From an uncultured Alphaproteobacteria bacterium (GTDB taxonomy: Bacteria; Pseudomonadota; Alphaproteobacteria; RF32; CAG-239): DNA of 64,000 nt. Under the pieces are notes generated by a model. It had not been told where the DNA came from. It ran no database searches and worked only from the letters and a program-made list of their open reading frames with translations. The translations under genes and the position numbers were made by a program. Position 1 is the first letter of the stretch. Each line of letters begins with the position of its first letter. Where the stretch lies: positions 58,595 to 122,594 of the forward strand of contig CALYBC010000009.1 in NCBI GenBank assembly GCA_944393725.1. The letters are read 5' to 3'. This document shows positions 59,523 to 64,000 of this stretch, piece by piece.

Positions 59523-60482
59523 ATGCTTATGTTTAAGGTTTGTAAAACAGATGCTAACGGAAAACTCGTTAAACTTAAAAAGAATCGCTTGTATCCGGGA
59601 TCTTGGATTAATTTAATTAATCCAAGTAGCGAGGATTTGGAAAAAATTGCTTCGTGGATCGATTGGGATGTCGATACTCTTAAAAGCTCTTTGGATATTG
59701 ATGAAAGATCTCGTATCGAACATGAAGGAAATAATTTTATGGTGATTGTCAATTTGCCGTTGCTTGATGATGACGGATATTTTGATACCCTGCCGTGTTC
59801 TATGATTTTTACGCCGAGAAATTTTATTACGATTTGCGCTAAAGAAAATCGTATTATCGGTTCTTTTACCAAAGCTACCGCAAATACTTTTAGCACGCAG
59901 AATAAACCGGAGATGATGCTTAGTATCTTGTATAAGGCAACGCAGTTTTATTTACGGTATTTGAAAATAATTAATCGCAAGACCGAATCTATTGAGTACA
60001 GTCTTAGAAATACAACCAGCAATAAAGAATTATTTCAACTGATGGAAATTCAGAAATCGTTAGTCTATTTTACAACTGCTTTGCGCGATAATCAAATGGT
60101 GTTGCAGAAACTGCTCAGAACAGTTCGCAGTAAAATGACCTTTACCAATACCAATTTCAATGAAGATGATATTGATTTCCTTGAAGATATTATAATTGAA
60201 AATAAACAAGCTATTGAAATGGTTGATATGCACAGAACCATTTTGGAAAGTATGATGGACGGGTTTGCCTCGGTTATCAACAATAATGTAAATCAAGTGA
60301 TGAGGTTTTTGGCCACCATTACGATTATACTTTCTATTCCTACAATGTTGGCAAGTTTTTGGGGAATGAATTTGGCTTTACCCTTGATGGATAGTAAGTA
60401 CGGTTTTTGGTATGTGTTGGCTACATCAGTATTCTTAACCATAATGGCGATTATATTCTTGCGTAAGAAAAAGATGTTTTAG
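59523..60482 (+). CDS. corA: Magnesium/cobalt transporter CorA
   Basis: C-terminal TM pair with GMN signature (FWGMNLALP). Confidence 0.75.
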   Translation: MLMFKVCKTDANGKLVKLKKNRLYPGSWINLINPSSEDLEKIASWIDWDVDTLKSSLDIDERSRIEHEGNNFMVIVNLPLLDDDGYFDTLPCSMIFTPRNFITICAKENRIIGSFTKATANTFSTQNKPEMMLSILYKATQFYLRYLKIINRKTESIEYSLRNTTSNKELFQLMEIQKSLVYFTTALRDNQMVLQKLLRTVRSKMTFTNTNFNEDDIDFLEDIIIENKQAIEMVDMHRTILESMMDGFASVINNNVNQVMRFLATITIILSIPTMLASFWGMNLALPLMDSKYGFWYVLATSVFLTIMAIIFLRKKKMF

Positions 60483-60565
60483 GTTTTTAGTGCCTTTTTT
60501 GTTAGTATCTTGATTGCCGCTCTTGTGATGATAGTGTTTTTGTCGTAGTATCGGCGTGATTTGGT

Positions 60566-61060
60566 TTGGCAAAAAAAGGATTTAGAAAAGTGTTTTTAGG
60601 TGTGTTAGTGGCGTTAGTTGCCGTTGTTTTGGATCAATTGAGCAAATTCTGGATTTTGGATTTTTTGGGCGTCAATGCCTATGAGCCGTTCGGTGATTAT
60701 TTTAATATAGTCAGGACATGGAATACCGGTGTTAGCTTTTCAATGCTTAATAATTACGGCAATATCGGGGCTTGGGTGTTGTCGGTTTTAGCAATTATAA
60801 TCGTTATAATGCTTTTTATGTGGTTGAGAAAAGAAGATTGCAGATTAACGCAATTTGCTTTGGGTTTGATTATGGGCGGAGCATTAGGAAATGTTATTGA
60901 TCGCGTGCGTTTCGGTGCAGTATTTGATTTTTTAGACTTTCATGTGAATGATTGGCATTGGCCGGCATTTAATGTCGCCGACAGTTGTATTTGTATTGGC
61001 ACTGCTATTATTATTGCTCAAGCCGTGTTTGCAAGATTGGAAAAAAAGGAGGAAAAATGA
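60566..61060 (+). CDS. lspA: Lipoprotein signal peptidase (signal peptidase II)
   Basis: NTGVSFS and FNVADS catalytic Asp motifs, 4 TM. Confidence 0.85.
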   Translation: MAKKGFRKVFLGVLVALVAVVLDQLSKFWILDFLGVNAYEPFGDYFNIVRTWNTGVSFSMLNNYGNIGAWVLSVLAIIIVIMLFMWLRKEDCRLTQFALGLIMGGALGNVIDRVRFGAVFDFLDFHVNDWHWPAFNVADSCICIGTAIIIAQAVFARLEKKEEK

Positions 61061-61239
61061 GAAAAATAGTGCTGGTGGCAGCTTTGGTTTGTTTGTCTGC
61101 TTGTTCATATTTTAATAAGGAAGATTTGGGTATGACAAAAAAAGCTCCCAATGAGACCATGGTCGAAGAGAAGAAGCCTTTGTCTTTGCCGCCGGAGTTT
61201 GATGTGCGTCCGCAAGTTGTTTCCGAGTATAAAAAATAG
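61057..61239 (+). CDS. Small lipoprotein
   Basis: 60 aa, lipobox LSACS, strong RBS AAGGAGGAAAA, overlaps the lspA stop. Confidence 0.4.
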   Translation: MRKIVLVAALVCLSACSYFNKEDLGMTKKAPNETMVEEKKPLSLPPEFDVRPQVVSEYKK

Positions 61240-61243
61240 GTGA

Positions 61244-62572
61244 ATGATGCTTAAAGTTTTTGCATTGTTGATTGCACTATCGGGGGCTTTGCTTTCTCAT
61301 GAAGCAAAAGCTTTGGATTTTGCTATGGAAGATTTTTATCTTGATAACGGTTTGCAAGTTATCGTGGTTGAAAATCACAAAGCTCCGATAGTTAAACAAA
61401 TGCTTTTTTATAAAATAGGTGCGGCAGATGAAAAGGCCGGACAAAAAGGTATTGCTCATTTGTTGGAACATATGATGTTTAGGGGGACCGATAAGGTTAA
61501 AAATCAAACCTTAAACAAAGTGTTGGAAGAAAACGGTGCCGAAAGCAATGCGTTTACTGCTCAGGATGTTACGGCATATCATCAGTTTTTGGATATAAGC
61601 AGACTTGAGTTGGCAATGTTTTTGGAGGCCGACAGAATGCGTGGTTTGTCATTTGATGAAAAAGCATTTGTAACCGAAAGAGATATCGTGTTTCAAGAAA
61701 GAAAGCAGGTGATAGAGAATAATCCTGCAGCAAAGTTTTTTGAAAGCTTGAATAAGACTTTGTGGCAAGATCACCCATACGGAAGCCCGATAACCGGTCT
61801 TGACAGCGATATTGCAGATTTGAGTGTCGATGATGCAAAAGAGTTTTATAGTGAATATTATGCTCCCAATAATGCGGTATTGGTGCTGGCCGGTGATATT
61901 GATGTAAAAACCGCTAAAGAGTTGGCAGAAAAGTATTATGGTAGTATCAAGCCGTCCGATGTTAAAAATACCGATTATCCTGAAATGCCAGCAAGCTTCA
62001 AGGGCAGAGTAGAAATGTCGTTGCCGGATGTAAAGCTTATGCGCTTTGTTAAAATATTTGTTGCGCCTTCTCTAAATTATGATGCCGATAAGGTTTATGC
62101 TTTTGATTTGTTGAGCCAATATTTGAGCGGTGATGAAAATGCTCCTTTGTATCAGGATATGGTTGTGGAGGATAAAGTTGCACTAAATATTGATGCAAGT
62201 TATAACGGAGTGGCCAAAAGTTATGGTTCTTTTGTTATAAGTGCCGTGCCGACCGGTGATGTGAGAAAGTTTGAAAGTAAATTGGAAGAGACTTGGCATA
62301 AGGCGTTGAAAAAACTTACAGAGGAAAAATTGGCTCAAGTTAAAAAGAAGCTTTTGGCGGATATGATATATCTTAAAGATAATCCGGAAACTTTGGCTCA
62401 AATAACCGGCAGAGTGGCTGCCGTTGGCGGAAGCTTGGAGTATATTGATTTGTATGCCGATAAAATAAACGGTGTTACTCTTGACGAGGTAAAACAAGTT
62501 GCCGAGGAATTGTGGCAAAAAGCACCGCAAGTTACCGGCGTTTTGTATCCTGAGGAGGCAGAATATGAGTAA
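61244..62572 (+). CDS. M16-family zinc peptidase (pitrilysin-like), active subunit
   Basis: Inverted zinc motif HLLEHMMFRGT (HxxEH); signal peptide. Confidence 0.8.
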   Translation: MMLKVFALLIALSGALLSHEAKALDFAMEDFYLDNGLQVIVVENHKAPIVKQMLFYKIGAADEKAGQKGIAHLLEHMMFRGTDKVKNQTLNKVLEENGAESNAFTAQDVTAYHQFLDISRLELAMFLEADRMRGLSFDEKAFVTERDIVFQERKQVIENNPAAKFFESLNKTLWQDHPYGSPITGLDSDIADLSVDDAKEFYSEYYAPNNAVLVLAGDIDVKTAKELAEKYYGSIKPSDVKNTDYPEMPASFKGRVEMSLPDVKLMRFVKIFVAPSLNYDADKVYAFDLLSQYLSGDENAPLYQDMVVEDKVALNIDASYNGVAKSYGSFVISAVPTGDVRKFESKLEETWHKALKKLTEEKLAQVKKKLLADMIYLKDNPETLAQITGRVAAVGGSLEYIDLYADKINGVTLDEVKQVAEELWQKAPQVTGVLYPEEAEYE

Positions 62573-63974
62573 AAGGCCGGCTTATCTGAAAACTAAATCA
62601 AGCTCATATTGGGTGATATGTGCTTTGTTGGCTGCTGTCGCTTGGGTCGTTTACGGAATAGGCAATGAATTTGAATTGAAATATTTGGTGGAAAATTCCG
62701 TGCTTAAAAACCGCAATTTTCAAGGTAAGATAGAGGAAATATTTGTTCCGTCTTTGAAAACAAAAGCATATTTTATGGAAGAAAATACCAATCCTTTGGT
62801 GGCAGTAAGCTTCTTGTTTGATGAAGCCGGAACTGCTTATGATGAGGAAGGAAAAGAAGGTTTGGTTGCGTTAACAGCGGCAACGATTAAGGACGGAGCA
62901 GGTGAGTATTCGGCCAAAGAGTTGAAAGAACAGATGGCGATTAACGGCATAAAAATTGCTTTTTCGGCTAATAAAGATTGGTTCGGCGGAACTTTGGTAA
63001 CACCTAAAGAAAATTTGCCGCAAGCCGTCGATATTTTAAAAAATATTTTACTTAGACCAAATTTTGAAAATGATTACTTCAAATTGGCTAAGGCTCAAAC
63101 CATTAAGGCATTAAAAACCGAAAAAGAAAATCCGCAAAAAGAATTGCAACTTGCATTTAATAAGAAAATTTATCAAAACCATCCTTATGCGAATAATCCG
63201 TTGGGAAACGAAGAAACCGTGGCTGCATTAAAAAGACAGGATTTGCAAAATTTTGTAAAAAACAATTTGGCAAAAGAAAATTTATTTTTGGGTATTGCCG
63301 GTGATTTAACCAAAGAAGAAGCTGCCCACTTAATTGCTGATATCTTTTCGGAATTGCCCGATAAAAAACAGGATAAAAAATTGCCGCCTTTGCATATTAA
63401 TTGGCAGCAAGAACCTTTGCAGATAAACAGAAAAAGCGGGCAGACCGTGGTTAATTTTGCAGGAATGGGAACTTGCCGTAAATGTGAGGATTTTTACCCT
63501 TTGTATATTGCTAATTATATTTTCGGAGGTTCGGGGCTTAGTTCCAAAATAAATATGAGCTTGCGTGAAAAAGAGGGGCTGACTTACGGCGCTTATTCGG
63601 GTTTGGTGATTAATGATAAAAGCAATTTATTGGCTGCCGGTTTTTCTACTACACCCGACAATTACGAAAAAGCTCTGGATATGTTTTATGAAGAATGGCA
63701 ACAAATTGCAAAAGACGGATTTAGTGAAGAAGAACTCGTAGCTGCCAAAAATTATTTAACCTCATCTTATAATCTGCGTTTTGCCTCAATTGACGGGATT
63801 GCCGATATGTTAGTTATGATGCAGAAATATGATTTGGGGTTGGATTTTTTGCAAAAACGCAACGGTTATGTTGATGCCGTAACTTTACAACAGATAAATG
63901 ATGCCGCAGCTAAATATTTTACAAAAGAAATTTTGCGAGCGGAAATCGGAAATTTTGAGGAAGGAAATAGATAA
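62565..63974 (+). CDS. M16-family peptidase paralogue lacking HxxEH (non-catalytic partner)
   Basis: M16 fold-length protein translationally coupled to the upstream M16 gene, with no HxxEH. Confidence 0.7.
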   Translation: MSKRPAYLKTKSSSYWVICALLAAVAWVVYGIGNEFELKYLVENSVLKNRNFQGKIEEIFVPSLKTKAYFMEENTNPLVAVSFLFDEAGTAYDEEGKEGLVALTAATIKDGAGEYSAKELKEQMAINGIKIAFSANKDWFGGTLVTPKENLPQAVDILKNILLRPNFENDYFKLAKAQTIKALKTEKENPQKELQLAFNKKIYQNHPYANNPLGNEETVAALKRQDLQNFVKNNLAKENLFLGIAGDLTKEEAAHLIADIFSELPDKKQDKKLPPLHINWQQEPLQINRKSGQTVVNFAGMGTCRKCEDFYPLYIANYIFGGSGLSSKINMSLREKEGLTYGAYSGLVINDKSNLLAAGFSTTPDNYEKALDMFYEEWQQIAKDGFSEEELVAAKNYLTSSYNLRFASIDGIADMLVMMQKYDLGLDFLQKRNGYVDAVTLQQINDAAAKYFTKEILRAEIGNFEEGNR

Positions 63975-64000
63975 TGTTCGGAAGATCTAAAGAAATCAAC

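Noticed and set aside
61244-63974. Paired M16 peptidases as a possible novel protease system
   Set aside because: An active HxxEH subunit translationally coupled to an inactive paralogue is the well-known bacterial two-subunit pitrilysin/MPP-like arrangement. Not novel.

Overview
This 64-kb window is low-GC (roughly 38%) and gene-dense, and reads like alphaproteobacterial chromosome, probably from a host-associated or intracellular lineage (Rickettsiales/Holosporales-like). The supporting signs are an atpH-A-G-D-C F1 operon separated from F0, a FlaF-type flagellin regulator, and an AtpD with a Lys-rich N-terminal extension. Most of the window is housekeeping. I can support ndk, pta-ackA, tig, a flagellar cluster (flgF-flgG-flgA-flgH with a FlaF-like gene), lolE-lolD, rpmI-rplT-pheS-pheT, nagB-nagA, motA-motB, uvrD, a MoxR-DUF58-TPR module, nagZ, an M50 protease, a SPOR protein, dgt, xthA, an S41 peptidase, rpmG, xerC/D, priA, atpHAGDC plus a nitroreductase, pfkA, ppiD, tpiA, secG, pyrG, corA, lspA and two M16 peptidases. 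Six tRNAs are present: Leu-TAG, Gly-CCC, Arg-TCT, Met/Ile-CAT, Leu-GAG, all with encoded CCA. Accessory content worth a second look falls into ten groups. (1) An AaxB-like pyruvoyl arginine decarboxylase next to an AaxC-like amino-acid antiporter. (2) A PagP-like lipid A palmitoyltransferase. (3) Two tandem ~185-bp repeats that each reproduce the 18-nt 3' end of the adjacent tRNA-Met, suggesting integration relics. (4) A ~220-nt structured RNA candidate ending in an intrinsic terminator, sitting between pheT and a lipoprotein gene that is bracketed by inverted copies of one terminator hairpin. (5) A 220-aa FlaF-like protein made of two FlaF repeats, preceded by direct repeats. (6) A four-gene module of a CxxC membrane protein, an exported CPHC glutaredoxin-like lipoprotein, a tandem ArsR regulator and a hypothetical protein ending in CCIE. 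(7) An AT-rich islet beside tRNA-Gly encoding an HExxH protein. (8) A SHOCT-repeat lipoprotein next to an MprF-type flippase-domain protein. (9) A long structured 5' UTR upstream of a porin-like gene. (10) The flgH-flaF intergenic direct repeats, listed separately from (5) in the findings. I found no CRISPR array, prophage or transposase. Every homology statement comes from reading the translations against recalled family motifs and has not been confirmed by search.
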